Source of the DNA: an uncultured delta proteobacterium
GTDB lineage: Bacteria; Desulfobacterota; Binatia; HRBIN30; BPIQ01
DNA: 64,000 nt
Direction: 5' to 3'
Assembly (NCBI GenBank): GCA_963761335.1
Contig: CAVXGR010000004.1
Coordinates: 96,001 to 160,000, forward strand
Numbering within the stretch: the first letter of the stretch is position 1; every line of letters starts with the position of its first letter. Both the position numbers and the translations under genes were made by a program. This document shows, one piece after another, positions 10,567-20,553 of this stretch. The notes below the pieces were generated by a model, which was given only the letters and a program-made list of their open reading frames with translations, made no database searches and was not told the origin of the DNA.

Positions 10567-12333
10567 ATGCGAACGCTGCGATCCGGCTGCCCGTGGCGGT
10601 GGCTTCTGGCGGCGTGCTGGCCGGTGCTCACCGTCGTCTTGCTGGCTCTCGCTGCCAACGCCGGCGCAACCACCTTCGCGGTCGGCAGCGATGCCGACAT
10701 GCTCGCCGCCGCAGACGTCGTCGCCGTCGTCGAGATCGACTCGGTGCAGGCGGTGCCGGCGCCGGCGGGCGGTATCGACACGCTCGTGCAGGCGCACCTG
10801 CTCGAGCTCCTGCACGGTGCGGCGCCGCCGCCGGTCTTTTTCATCCGCGAGCCCGGCGGGGCTCTCGATGGGCGGCGGCGGACCGTCATCGGCGCTCCGG
10901 CGCTGGCGCCGGGCGAGCGGGCGCTGGTCTTCCTGGGCGAGCTCGGTGACGGAACCTACGCCGTCGCCGATCTCGCCATGGGCGTCTACCGGGTGCTGTC
11001 GACGGCGGGCCAGGAGCTGGCGATCCGCGATTTCGGTGGCGCCGTCGCCGTCGCCGTCGGCCGTCGGCGTGCGGGTCTTCGCCGCTCGCGCGAGGTCCGC
11101 CGTTTGGCCGATCTGACCGCTTCCCTGGCGGCGGGAGGGTCAGCGGAGGAGCCGCAGGTGCAGCCGCTTCCCGATCTGCCGCGCCAGTTCAGTGAGGCCT
11201 TCACGCTGCTCAGCTCGCCGCCGGCGCGCTGGACCGAGCCGGACAGCGGCGCGCCCATCACCTACGCGGTCTACGCCGGCGCTACCGGTCTCGACGCGGT
11301 CGGCGCCGTCGACGAAGCTCTGGCGGCGTGGTCGGCGGTGGACTGTGCCGACATCCAGCTGGTGCGCGGCGCCGGCGCGGGCGCCGCCCCGTTCAACGCC
11401 TGCGACGGCCGCACTCAGATCGTCTTCGGCGACCCCTACAACGAGCTGACGCCGCCGCGGAACTGCAGCGGCATCGTCGGCATCGGCGGCTATTGCTCGA
11501 GCACCTCGTCCACCACCGAGGTCGGTGGGGTCACCTACGACCGCATCACCGAGGCCGACGTGGTGATCAACTCCGGATTCGAAAGCTGCCCCATATGGAA
11601 TGACGTCAACCTCGCCGAGGCGGTCACACACGAGATCGGCCACACCGTCGGGCTGGGGCACAGCTCCGACGACCCGAACGAGAGCGATCCGCGGCTCCGC
11701 GACGCGACCATGTACTATCGCTCTCACTTCGACGGCCGCGGGGCGGCGGTGATGGCCGACGATCGCGACGGCCTCTGCGCGCTCTACCCGCACCAGCCCC
11801 TGCCCGACAGCGATGGGGACGGCATTGCCGATGCCCGCGACAATTGCCCCGATATTCCCAACCCGGGGCAGGAAGACGCCGATCGGGACGGGGTGGGTGA
11901 TCTCTGCGATCCGCTGACTCCGAAACGGTCGCTGCTCTACGCCGGCACGCAGCGCCATTCAGTCGACTCACGCGTCAAGCTGAGCGGCACGGTCCGCCTG
12001 GGCGCGTCATTCGATCCGTGGAGCGACGGCTTCAGCGTCGAGGTGCGCTCCGCCTCGGGGATGCTCTATCGCACCTCCGTCCCCGCGGGCGGTTGGCGCC
12101 CCAACGGGCTGGGAACGGCGCTGCGCGCCTGGAACCGCGGCCCGCGCATGATCGAGCGCATCACCCTGCGGCGTATCGGTCCGGGCGTCTACGATCTGCA
12201 GATCCTCGCCCACGGCGCCGTGGTGGCCAACGCCTCGCCGCCCCCGGTCACCCTCTCGGTGACCCTCGGCAGGCTGAACGCCAGCCAGTCGCTCACGCCT
12301 CGCCTGGCGCAGGGGAGCCTGCTGTTCCCGTAG
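10567..12333 (+). CDS. Secreted matrixin/metzincin metalloprotease with thrombospondin type 3 repeats
   Basis: Signal peptide, HEIGHTVGLGHS zinc motif, Met-turn ATMYY, DSDGDGIADARDNCPDIPNPGQEDADRDGVGDLCD. Confidence 0.85.
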   Translation: MRTLRSGCPWRWLLAACWPVLTVVLLALAANAGATTFAVGSDADMLAAADVVAVVEIDSVQAVPAPAGGIDTLVQAHLLELLHGAAPPPVFFIREPGGALDGRRRTVIGAPALAPGERALVFLGELGDGTYAVADLAMGVYRVLSTAGQELAIRDFGGAVAVAVGRRRAGLRRSREVRRLADLTASLAAGGSAEEPQVQPLPDLPRQFSEAFTLLSSPPARWTEPDSGAPITYAVYAGATGLDAVGAVDEALAAWSAVDCADIQLVRGAGAGAAPFNACDGRTQIVFGDPYNELTPPRNCSGIVGIGGYCSSTSSTTEVGGVTYDRITEADVVINSGFESCPIWNDVNLAEAVTHEIGHTVGLGHSSDDPNESDPRLRDATMYYRSHFDGRGAAVMADDRDGLCALYPHQPLPDSDGDGIADARDNCPDIPNPGQEDADRDGVGDLCDPLTPKRSLLYAGTQRHSVDSRVKLSGTVRLGASFDPWSDGFSVEVRSASGMLYRTSVPAGGWRPNGLGTALRAWNRGPRMIERITLRRIGPGVYDLQILAHGAVVANASPPPVTLSVTLGRLNASQSLTPRLAQGSLLFP

Positions 12334-12383
12334 TTTCAGAGGCTGTCTCAAAAGCTGGGCAAAACGACTCCGCCGGCCCGCGG

Positions 12384-12405
12384 AAGCGGCGAGACGCCGC
12401 TCTAC
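12384..12405 (-). repeat. GTAG-type REP
   Basis: Reverse complement GTAGAGCGGCGTCTCGCCGCTT, same family as copies at 28.2-28.3 kb, 49.5-50.0 kb and 60.2 kb. Confidence 0.7.
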
Positions 12406-12426
12406 TGGAAAGGCGCGCCGCGCGGG

Positions 12427-13713
12427 CTACAGCTCTATCTGCCAGTAGCGCCAGAACGACAGGGTGTGCGCCAGGCTGCCGGCGATCCACACGGCGGCGA
12501 GCCGGCGGAAGGCGGCCGGCGACAAGCTCTCGGCGGCGACTAGCACGGCGAGAAAAGAGATCGCCAGCGGCGCCAGGGTGAAGATGTCCCAGTCGGGCAG
12601 ATAGCCGAAGACCGGGAACCAGGTCACCGATAAAAACAGACAGCCGGCGGCGCCGAGCGCCAGCCAACGGCGGGTGACGTCGTGCGCCCGCGCCAGCGCC
12701 TCGGGCAGACACAGGACGGCGACGGGAGCGAGAAGAAGAAGGCAGTTGATGATGTCGAGCGCGTGCGTGGCGCTGAAGAAATCGTAGCCGCAGTTGGTGA
12801 TGCAGTACGCTTTGAACCACTGCCAGGGGGCGGCGACGTTTCCCCAGGCTCCTCCGGCGACTGGGGCACCGGAGCGCACGTAGGCGGCCATCGCCGCCAG
12901 CGGCGCGGCGAAGGCGGCAATGCCGGCGGCGGCGCGGCGGAAGCCGCTCGTCCACCAGGCGTACACCTGTGCCGGCAGCCAGCAGAGAACGGCGCCGTGC
13001 ATCAGGGCCGCGATTGCCAACACGGCGCCGGCCGCGGCGGAGAGCACCGCCCTGGGCTCGCGCAAGGCGCGGGTTCCGAAATAGACGTACCAGAATATCA
13101 GCGCCAGCGACTTCGGAGTCCCCTTCTCGGGGTAGCCGCAGAACAGGACCATGAATCCCGAGGAGGCGATCATGGCGAACGCCAGCGGCCACTGCTCGCA
13201 GACCTCCCGGCACCAGAGAAAGAGCGCGGCCGCGGCCGCGGCGCCGCAGGCGACGCTCACGGCGGCGAATGCCGTCGACGGGCGCAGACCCGCGGCGAGC
13301 GCCCAGTGGTGCGTGTAATACGAGGTAAACGCTCCGAGCGGCTCGGCGCTCTCCACCGTCCACCACGGCGCCGACGTGCTGTCGATTCCGTGGAGGTCGC
13401 CAAACCAACGGTCGACGCGAGCGCTCCAGAAGAGGACGGCGGCGCCGCCGGCGATGACCAGGCTCCAGCGCAGCGGGCGCCGCACGCGCACGGCGCAGGA
13501 GGGCAGCAGCCAGCCGAGCCCTTCGGCGACGATCATCAGACCGCTCAGCGCCAGGGGCAGGTAGTGCCACTCATATCCGGGGAAGTAGTCGCGGACGCCC
13601 GTCCACAGCCAGCCGTCCAGCCCCCACAGCCAGCCGGCGTACCCGGGAGTCAGGGACGCGGCTGCGCCGAAGAGCAGGATCACCCCGATTCGCCACGGAG
13701 TCCCCCGAAGCAC
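12427..13713 (-). CDS. Polytopic membrane protein (possibly GT-C-like)
   Basis: Many hydrophobic segments, no recognised motif. Confidence 0.7.
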   Translation of the reverse strand: MLRGTPWRIGVILLFGAAASLTPGYAGWLWGLDGWLWTGVRDYFPGYEWHYLPLALSGLMIVAEGLGWLLPSCAVRVRRPLRWSLVIAGGAAVLFWSARVDRWFGDLHGIDSTSAPWWTVESAEPLGAFTSYYTHHWALAAGLRPSTAFAAVSVACGAAAAAALFLWCREVCEQWPLAFAMIASSGFMVLFCGYPEKGTPKSLALIFWYVYFGTRALREPRAVLSAAAGAVLAIAALMHGAVLCWLPAQVYAWWTSGFRRAAAGIAAFAAPLAAMAAYVRSGAPVAGGAWGNVAAPWQWFKAYCITNCGYDFFSATHALDIINCLLLLAPVAVLCLPEALARAHDVTRRWLALGAAGCLFLSVTWFPVFGYLPDWDIFTLAPLAISFLAVLVAAESLSPAAFRRLAAVWIAGSLAHTLSFWRYWQIEL

Positions 13714-13778
13714 TTTGCCTTTTCGCCTCCGCCGTTGTGTGACAGATTATCGAGGGCGGAACAAACCGAGGAGGCGAT

Positions 13779-14378
13779 ATGCGCGAGATCATTCCCGAGG
13801 TCTGGACCTGGCCGTGGTTCTCGCAACCCCACGGCTACAACTTCAACGGCTACCTCGTGGTGCAATCCGGGGGCAACCTGTGCATCGACCCGGTCGAGCC
13901 CACGGCGGAGGATCTCGAGGAGCTGCGCCGCCGCGGCGTGGGCACCATCGCCCTCACCAATCGCAACCACATGCGCGCCGCCAACGCGGTGCGCGACGCC
14001 TGCGGAGCCTCCACCCGCATGCACGCCGCTGATGCCGAGTACGCGCGCGCCCAAGGGGCGGTGATCGACGGCGAGCTGGTGGCGGGCGAACGGCTGGGGC
14101 CGTTTGTCATCGTCGCGGTTCCCGGCAAGTCCCCCGGCGAGGTGGCGCTGCACTGGCCCGAGCGCCGCGTCCTGGTGGTCGGCGATGCCGTCATCGGCAA
14201 TCCGCCCGGCCACTGCACCCTCCTGCGCGAAAAGGTCATGGACGATCCGCCCTGTCTCCGGCGCAGCGTGCGCCAGCTGCTCGACCTCGACTTCGACATC
14301 CTCTTGACCGGCGACGGCGCTCCAATTCTCGCCGGCGCCAAGGAGCGGCTGAGAGACCTGGTGAAGAGCTGGGGTTGA
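13779..14378 (+). CDS. MBL-fold hydrolase-like protein
   Basis: Degenerate motif LTNRNHMR, PGKSPGE, VVGDA, LLTGDG. Confidence 0.8.
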   Translation: MREIIPEVWTWPWFSQPHGYNFNGYLVVQSGGNLCIDPVEPTAEDLEELRRRGVGTIALTNRNHMRAANAVRDACGASTRMHAADAEYARAQGAVIDGELVAGERLGPFVIVAVPGKSPGEVALHWPERRVLVVGDAVIGNPPGHCTLLREKVMDDPPCLRRSVRQLLDLDFDILLTGDGAPILAGAKERLRDLVKSWG

Positions 14379-14470
14379 GGTGGCGAGGTGTTGAGGTGCT
14401 GAGGTGCGGGTACCGAGTGCGGGTGCCGAGGTGTTGGGTGTTGAGGTGTTGAGGTGTTTGGTGTTGAGGA
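14372..14470. repeat. Degenerate 8-bp tandem repeat (GGTGTTGA)n
   Basis: Repeated GAGGTGTT/GAGGTGCT units starting at the stop of the MBL-fold gene. Confidence 0.75.
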
Positions 14471-14488
14471 GTTTGGTTCGGGCCGGGG

Positions 14489-14650
14489 CGAGCCCCCGAA
14501 GGGGGCGCGGGCATGTAGCCCCGGGTCGAAGACCCGGGGACGACGGGGCGGTCGTTGATCGAGCCCCCGAAGGGGGCGCGGGCATGTAGCCCCGGGCGCA
14601 GCCCGGGGACGACGGGGCGGTTTCCTCGAGCGCCCCGTCAGGGGCGCGGG
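14489..14650. repeat. ~71-bp tandem palindromic REP-like unit (2 full copies plus 1 partial)
   Basis: CGAGCCCCCGAAGGGGGCGCGGGCATGTAGCCCCGGG...CCCGGGGACGACGGGGCGGT at 14489 and 14560, partial at 14627. Confidence 0.8.
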
Positions 14651-14661
14651 ACCGCTCCTCG

Positions 14662-15243
14662 TCAACCGTCCCGCGAGAGCATCGCCTCGACGTAGCGGGC
14701 GATGATGTCGGTCTCGATGTTGACGATGTCGCCGGGCTTCTTGGCGAGAAGATTGGTGTGCTCCTGGGTGTACTGCACCAGCGAGACGGCGAAGGAGTCC
14801 GGGGTCTTGTCGACGATCGTCAGGCTGGCCCCGTCGATGGCGACCGGACCCTTGGTCACCATGTAGCGCAGCAGCTCCGGGGGGGTGCGGAAGCGCGCGA
14901 TGATGGCCTCGCCCTCGGGCGTGAACGACTCGATGGTGGCCACGCCCTCGACGACGCCGCGCACGATGTGGCCGCTCAGACGGTCGGTCGGACGCACCGA
15001 GCGCTCGAGGTTGACGCGGTCGCCCCGCACCAGCCCTCCCAGGCTCGAGCGCCGGTAGGTCTCGGGCATGACGTTGGCCGCGAAGGTGTCGCCGGCGATG
15101 TCGGTGATCGTCAGATCGACTCCGTTGATGGCGATCGAGTCGCCCAGGTGCGCGTCCTCCAGGATGCACCGCGCCCGAATGCGCAGATCCCCCGGATCCG
15201 CCCCGACGATCTCGCCCACCTCCTCGATGATTCCGGTGAACAT
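14662..15243 (-). CDS. ribE: Riboflavin synthase (alpha chain)
   Basis: MFTGIIEE start, GDSIAINGVDLT, VNLERS, KGPVAIDGASLT, VNIETD. Confidence 0.95.
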   Translation of the reverse strand: MFTGIIEEVGEIVGADPGDLRIRARCILEDAHLGDSIAINGVDLTITDIAGDTFAANVMPETYRRSSLGGLVRGDRVNLERSVRPTDRLSGHIVRGVVEGVATIESFTPEGEAIIARFRTPPELLRYMVTKGPVAIDGASLTIVDKTPDSFAVSLVQYTQEHTNLLAKKPGDIVNIETDIIARYVEAMLSRDG

Positions 15244-15250
15244 GGCGGGC

Positions 15251-15742
15251 CTAGCGGGTCTCCAGCGGCCGGGCGGTGGCCGGCGGCTCGTGCTTGATGC
15301 GCAGCAGCTCGACCTCGAAGGTCAGCCGCGCGTTGGGCGGTACCAGCGAGGGGATGCCGCGCTCTCCGTAGGCGAGCTCGGGCGGGATGATCAGCCGGCG
15401 GGTGCCTCCGACCCGCATGGTGTGCACACCTTCCTCCCATCCTTTGATCACCTGGTGAGCGCCGATCTTGAAGCCGAAGGGCTTGCCGCGCGGGCGGGAG
15501 CTGTCGAACTGAGTTCCATCCTCGAGCCATCCCGTGTAGTGTAAAATACAAATGTCTCCGTCCTGCGGCATTTCGCCCGTTCCCGGAATGATATCGGCGT
15601 ACTGCAGGCCGGAGGATGTGGTCACCAAGTTGCCCTCGGGCACCGGAGTCTCCGCCGCGGCAGTGGGCGGCGGCGTCTCCGCGGCTCTTCCCAGAGCCGG
15701 CAGCATCAGCATGGCTGCAAGCGCAAACGCCGTGGTACGCAT
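15251..15742 (-). CDS. FKBP-type peptidyl-prolyl isomerase, exported
   Basis: HYTGWLEDGTQFDSS, VIKGWEEG, IPPELAYG, LTFEVELL, plus signal peptide. Confidence 0.93.
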   Translation of the reverse strand: MRTTAFALAAMLMLPALGRAAETPPPTAAAETPVPEGNLVTTSSGLQYADIIPGTGEMPQDGDICILHYTGWLEDGTQFDSSRPRGKPFGFKIGAHQVIKGWEEGVHTMRVGGTRRLIIPPELAYGERGIPSLVPPNARLTFEVELLRIKHEPPATARPLETR

Positions 15743-15874
15743 GACAGAGTTTCCCTCGCCGGAAGAGTGCACCGTAATGGCGCGGGCGGCGTGCGTCAAG
15801 GCGCCCCGGAACCCCGGCGCGGCAGTGGACTGAGCGAATCGCATCGACGGTTGCCGCGGAGAGGTGAGGGGGGA

Positions 15875-17131
15875 ATGAGGCCGCATACGCCTGTGTGGGG
15901 GAGCGGTGCCCTGCTGTTGCTGGCGGTGCTTCTGCTGGTTGCGCCGGCGTCCATGGCGCTCGTCGATCTGGAGCAGGAGGAGGACATCTCCAACCTGTTG
16001 CCGAACAGCTTTCCCGTCGGCGACGGTCGCGAGACGGTCGCCGAGCGCTCCTGGGCGATCCTGCCGCAGGTGGGCTTTGGCCCGGACACGGGACTGGCGG
16101 CCGGGGTCAAGTTCACCGACCGCAACACTTGGGGTACCGGGGTGGTCTTCGACCTGGACGGCACCGTCGCCGTCGAGGGGCAGCAGTCGCTGGCCTTCTC
16201 GGTGGCGTCGCATACGCTGTGGGACGGGAGGCTGATCTTTCTGCTGCGCGGCAAGTACGACCTCGACCCGCAGCGGGAGTTCTTCGGGCTCGGGAACAAC
16301 GACGTCGGCCCCGATCCACTCACCACGCATCTGTTTCAGGAAATCGGCGGCGCCGTGACCATCGGCTATCGCCCCTTCGAACGGCTGGCCTTCAACTTCT
16401 CCATCGGCGTGCGCGACGTCGATATCCGCCGCGGCGAGCGGCGGTGCTGCATCATGTTCACGCCGGACGCGCCGGAGTTTGCCGATCTGCCGGGAATCCA
16501 GGGCGGCATGACCAACCCGATCGCGCTCTCGCTGGTGTGGAACACCCGCGACGACGTCATGCGGCCGTCGCGCGGCTGGCGTGTCATCTTGAAGGCGATT
16601 CACACCGACAAGACGCTCTTCAGCGATTTCGAGTTCACCCGCTACATTTTCGATGCGGGCTACCTGCGCGCCGTTCTCCCCAAGCGGCGCATGGTCCTGG
16701 GCCTGCGTGTCAACGGCGAATGGATCGACGCGCCGAGCCGTGACATCCCCTTCTGGGAGCTGACCGAGCTCGGCGGCGCCGACTCCCTGCGCGGCTTCTA
16801 CCCGCACCGCTTCCTGGGCAAGGGCCGATTACTGCTGAACGGCGAGAGTCGCTTCAAGCTGGTCGACTTCAACTTCTTCGACTGGTGGCAGGTCCGTATC
16901 GACGGCGTCGTCTTCGCCGACGGCGGACGCGTCTTCATCGATCGCGGCGATCTCAAGGACGAGTTTCGCCTCGACAGCGAGATCATCGGCCGCGTCATCG
17001 ACAACTTCCAGTACGATTACGGCGGCGGCATCCGCATTGGCCTCTCCGAAGCGCTGGTGGCGCGTATCGACGCCGGCTTCAGCGACGAGAACACTGGGCT
17101 CGTCTATCTGACCTTCGGCCAGACCTTCTGA
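15875..17131 (+). CDS. Omp85 (BamA/TamA-family) barrel protein
   Basis: Signal peptide, LGGADSLRGFY lid motif, C-terminal YLTFGQTF. Confidence 0.85.
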   Translation: MRPHTPVWGSGALLLLAVLLLVAPASMALVDLEQEEDISNLLPNSFPVGDGRETVAERSWAILPQVGFGPDTGLAAGVKFTDRNTWGTGVVFDLDGTVAVEGQQSLAFSVASHTLWDGRLIFLLRGKYDLDPQREFFGLGNNDVGPDPLTTHLFQEIGGAVTIGYRPFERLAFNFSIGVRDVDIRRGERRCCIMFTPDAPEFADLPGIQGGMTNPIALSLVWNTRDDVMRPSRGWRVILKAIHTDKTLFSDFEFTRYIFDAGYLRAVLPKRRMVLGLRVNGEWIDAPSRDIPFWELTELGGADSLRGFYPHRFLGKGRLLLNGESRFKLVDFNFFDWWQVRIDGVVFADGGRVFIDRGDLKDEFRLDSEIIGRVIDNFQYDYGGGIRIGLSEALVARIDAGFSDENTGLVYLTFGQTF

Positions 17132-17166
17132 GTGGACGCGGCCTCTCGCCGCGCCCATTCTCTTCC

Positions 17167-17544
17167 TCAGCCGCCGGGCTTCTCCACCGGATACCCGGCT
17201 TCCGTCCAGCCACGCCAGCCTCCATCCATCGAGCAGACGTTGCGGTAGCCCATCTTCTGGAGATTGTCGGCGGCCAGTGCCGAGCGGTAGCCGCCGCCGC
17301 AGTAGAGGACCAGCGGCGCCTCGCGGTCCGGGAAGAGCTCCTCGATGTCGCGCTCGATGATGCCCTTGCAGAGATGCCGGGCTCCGGGGAGGTGGCCGCG
17401 GAGCCACTCGCTCTCCTCGCGCACGTCGACCAGGTGAAACGGCTCGCCGCCGTCCAGTCGCAACTTGACATCGCCGACGGTGAGCTCGCGGATGCGGCCG
17501 CGCGCCTCGTCCACCAGCGCCACGAAAGCGGCTGAATGCTTCAT
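17167..17544 (-). CDS. Rhodanese-like sulfurtransferase
   Basis: LVDVREESEW..GHLPGA, YCGGGYRS, MDGGWRGW. Confidence 0.92.
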   Translation of the reverse strand: MKHSAAFVALVDEARGRIRELTVGDVKLRLDGGEPFHLVDVREESEWLRGHLPGARHLCKGIIERDIEELFPDREAPLVLYCGGGYRSALAADNLQKMGYRNVCSMDGGWRGWTEAGYPVEKPGG

Positions 17545-17575
17545 CTGTTCATTTCACCCCACCGAGCCACCGAGC

Positions 17576-18133
17576 TCAGTGCACCCCCGGCCCCATCTGC
17601 AGCATCTGCGGGTCGATGCCGAGTCCGCGGATGCCGGCATCCCACATGTCATCGGCCGCGGTCTCGAAGACCAGGCGCAGGTCGATGGGCGCGGTGAGCC
17701 AGGCCGATTGCGCCAGCTCCGCCTCGAGCTGCCCGGCTCCCCAGCCGGCATAGCCGAGGAGAAACCGATAGCGATCCCGAGCCGGCGGCTGTGCTTTGAG
17801 GCAGAGGCGCAGGGCATCGCGCGACGCCGAGAGAAAGAGCTCGTCGGCGATGACGATCCGGTCGGAGGTCGCCGGGTCGTCGGCGCTCAGGATCCAGGCG
17901 CGACTGGTCTCCACCGGGCCGCCCACCCATACCTTGACGTCGCTCTCGGACGGCATGGTCTCGTCCAGCTCGACGATCAAGGACACCAGCGTCGTCGTCG
18001 GCCGATTGATGACCAGGCCCATCGTGCCCTCGGCGGAATGCTCGCAGAGGAGCACGACGGAGCGCGCGAAGTTCGGGTCCTGCATCTGTGGCATCGCCAG
18101 CAGCAAGCCCGGCGCGAGCGATGAGCGATCCAT
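17576..18133 (-). CDS. YqgE/AlgH family protein
   Basis: DPNFARSVVLLCEH, GLVINRP, GGPV, LGYAGWGAGQLEAE. Confidence 0.93.
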   Translation of the reverse strand: MDRSSLAPGLLLAMPQMQDPNFARSVVLLCEHSAEGTMGLVINRPTTTLVSLIVELDETMPSESDVKVWVGGPVETSRAWILSADDPATSDRIVIADELFLSASRDALRLCLKAQPPARDRYRFLLGYAGWGAGQLEAELAQSAWLTAPIDLRLVFETAADDMWDAGIRGLGIDPQMLQMGPGVH

Positions 18134-18203
18134 GGCTTCCGTGGTACGGCACTACCGAATGGAAGGCAAGATGGTTGTCGCCGTGCGCGGGCGGGGCGCC
18201 GCG

Positions 18204-20378
18204 TCACGCCGGCAGCGCGAACCACACGGTGGTGCCGCGCCCCGCTTCCGACTCGATCCAGGTGCGGCCGCCGTGCTTCTCGACGATCTTGCGGACCAGC
18301 GGAAGCCCGAGGCCCACGCCGGTCACCTCGCGCTGCGCACCCCGCCGGAAGAGGCGGAAGGCGCGCCTGGCGTCGCGCTCCGACATTCCCGGCCCGCTGT
18401 CGCGCACGAAGAAGCGGCTCTCGTCTTCATCGGCGAGGCAGCCGATGTGGATGCGGCGCTCGGCGGCCTCGCCCATGTAGAGGATGGCATTGTCGACGAG
18501 GCGCGCGAAAATCTCCTGGAGGCGCTCCGGGTCGGCGAAGACGCTGGGCAGCGGGTCGATCGAGAGGTCGATGCGTTTGGACTCGAGTCGGTCGTGGTGC
18601 AGCGCGTGCACGCGCCGCGCGCTGACCTCCGCATCGATGCGGCGGCGGTTCAGATCGCGGGTTGCCACTTCGGAGAGCGCCGCCAGGGCGTCGAGCATCT
18701 GTCCCATGCGCGCCACGTTGCGGCGCACGTAGCGGAGGGGCTCCCCCATCTCGGCGGCGCCGGCGACCTGGTGCTCCTGCAGCTCGGTGACCAAGGACTG
18801 CATCTCGTGGGCGAAGCCGTCGATGTTGATCAGCGGTCCGCGCAGGTCGTGGGAGGCGATGAAGAGGAGGTCCTCGAGCTCCTGTGTCTTCGACTCGAGG
18901 GCGGTGCTGTGCTCCTCGAGGCGCTTCGCGTGCTCCGCCAGCGCCGCAGTGCTGGCGCGAAGCTCCCGCATCAGGTCGGCGCTCTCGGACGCCGTAGCGG
19001 CTACCAGTCCGGCCATCGCCACGTCCTCGACCGTCTCCGTGCCGAAGCGATGGCGGCGGCGGTCGGCGAGGACCAGCACCCCGAAGGCCTGGCGTCGCCC
19101 GAACAGCGGCGTGGCGAGCACCGAGCCGATGTCGAGGTCGGGCGCAAAGGGGGCCTGCGGCTCGGCCTCGTTGGAGCGCGCCGCCCGCCCCTCGCGATAG
19201 ACGCGCGCCGCCAGGGAATCCGCGTCGTCGATCTCGAGGCGGCGGCCGACCAGAGCCTCGCTGCCCTCGCCGGCACCGTGCGCGATCAGGAGACCGTTCT
19301 CGGCGCGGCGGGCAATCAGCGCCCAGTCGGCGTGGAGCAGCTCGCGGGACTGCTCGCAGACGATTTGCAGCACCTCGTCGCTGTGCTCGACGGTGGCCAG
19401 GGTGACGGAAAGCTGGGAGAGCGCCCCGCGAAAGTTTGCGGCATTGGAGCTGCGGTCGAGCAGCTGGGTGATGTCGATGTTGACCGCGGCGTAGCGGGCG
19501 ATGCCTTCGAGGAGCTGGCGCTCGCTGGCGGCCAGCCGATGTTCTTCCGTCCAACCGGCGGTCACCGAGCCGAGGACACGGCCGCGGCCGTTCAGCGGCA
19601 CGATGACCATCGCCGCCAGCTGTAGGGTGGCGAGCACCTCGCGCACGTCCCCCTGATCGCTGGAGCTGTCGAGCACGACGGTGTGCCCGGCCATCAGCTC
19701 TGCCTCCATGGGGATGTTGTTGCCGCGCCGGTACGGGCGCGCCACGAAGCCGGCGGCGACTTCCGCGGGCGTCCCCACGTCGGAGGCCGGGACGAAGGCG
19801 CCGCGCCGCTCGCTCCAGAGGAAGCTGCCGCTGCGCTGGCAGCCGAGAACGTCGATGATCGCCTGATTGATGCCGGTGAGAACCTCCTGGAGGGACACGG
19901 CGCCATCGGCATATCTCGCCAGGTGCAGGAGCGCCTCGGTGAGATCCTGGCGGGCGGAGTTGCCGTTGCGCCGCGGTGGCACCGCCCCGGCGCCACCGAC
20001 GGCGGTGGCGATCAGATCGGCGAGCGAGCAGACCAGGCCGATGTCGGCGGTGCGCAGCTGCGGCGCATCGATCAGCAGGGCGCCGCGCATCGGCTCGTGC
20101 CGCGACAGCGGCACCACCACCGAGCGCTGCAGCCCGAGGGTGCGGGCGAGATGTCCATTGACGTCGCGCACCGCTCCCCCGGCGAGCCATTGCGGGTCGA
20201 GGCTCACCTCGGTGGCGCGCTGGCAGGCGCCGGCGGGAAACCCCGCGGTGAAGCGCACCGCCAGTGCCTCTCCCTGGGGTAGGAGCAGGGCCGCCCGCGC
20301 GCCGCGGATGCGCCCGGCAATGGCGCAGGCGGCCAGCTCTAGAGCGGCTTCTTCAGCAGTGGACGGCAGTGTGCACAC
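18204..20378 (-). CDS. Multi-GAF sensor histidine kinase
   Basis: H-box ASHDLRGPL, LVDNAI, DSGPG, GVGLGL, with tandem GAF-like segments at the N-terminus. Confidence 0.9.
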   Translation of the reverse strand: MCTLPSTAEEAALELAACAIAGRIRGARAALLLPQGEALAVRFTAGFPAGACQRATEVSLDPQWLAGGAVRDVNGHLARTLGLQRSVVVPLSRHEPMRGALLIDAPQLRTADIGLVCSLADLIATAVGGAGAVPPRRNGNSARQDLTEALLHLARYADGAVSLQEVLTGINQAIIDVLGCQRSGSFLWSERRGAFVPASDVGTPAEVAAGFVARPYRRGNNIPMEAELMAGHTVVLDSSSDQGDVREVLATLQLAAMVIVPLNGRGRVLGSVTAGWTEEHRLAASERQLLEGIARYAAVNIDITQLLDRSSNAANFRGALSQLSVTLATVEHSDEVLQIVCEQSRELLHADWALIARRAENGLLIAHGAGEGSEALVGRRLEIDDADSLAARVYREGRAARSNEAEPQAPFAPDLDIGSVLATPLFGRRQAFGVLVLADRRRHRFGTETVEDVAMAGLVAATASESADLMRELRASTAALAEHAKRLEEHSTALESKTQELEDLLFIASHDLRGPLINIDGFAHEMQSLVTELQEHQVAGAAEMGEPLRYVRRNVARMGQMLDALAALSEVATRDLNRRRIDAEVSARRVHALHHDRLESKRIDLSIDPLPSVFADPERLQEIFARLVDNAILYMGEAAERRIHIGCLADEDESRFFVRDSGPGMSERDARRAFRLFRRGAQREVTGVGLGLPLVRKIVEKHGGRTWIESEAGRGTTVWFALPA

Positions 20379-20553
20379 GTGACTTGGAGCTCCATGGTCC
20401 CGGGAGGAGGAGCAAGTCGCATGCCTTCACGGCCGAGAGGCGTCCCGGGAGGTGTTGCCGGGACTGGGCCGGTCGTTGCCCGACCGAAATGTACCGGGCG
20501 GGACGGTTGCGGCGGGGCGTCCGGTGTCTGGCCCGGGCGCCCCGCCGCGGGTC

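Noticed and set aside
12340..12355. IS terminal inverted repeat (GAGGCTGTCTCAAAAG)
   Set aside because: No partner repeat or transposase was found nearby.
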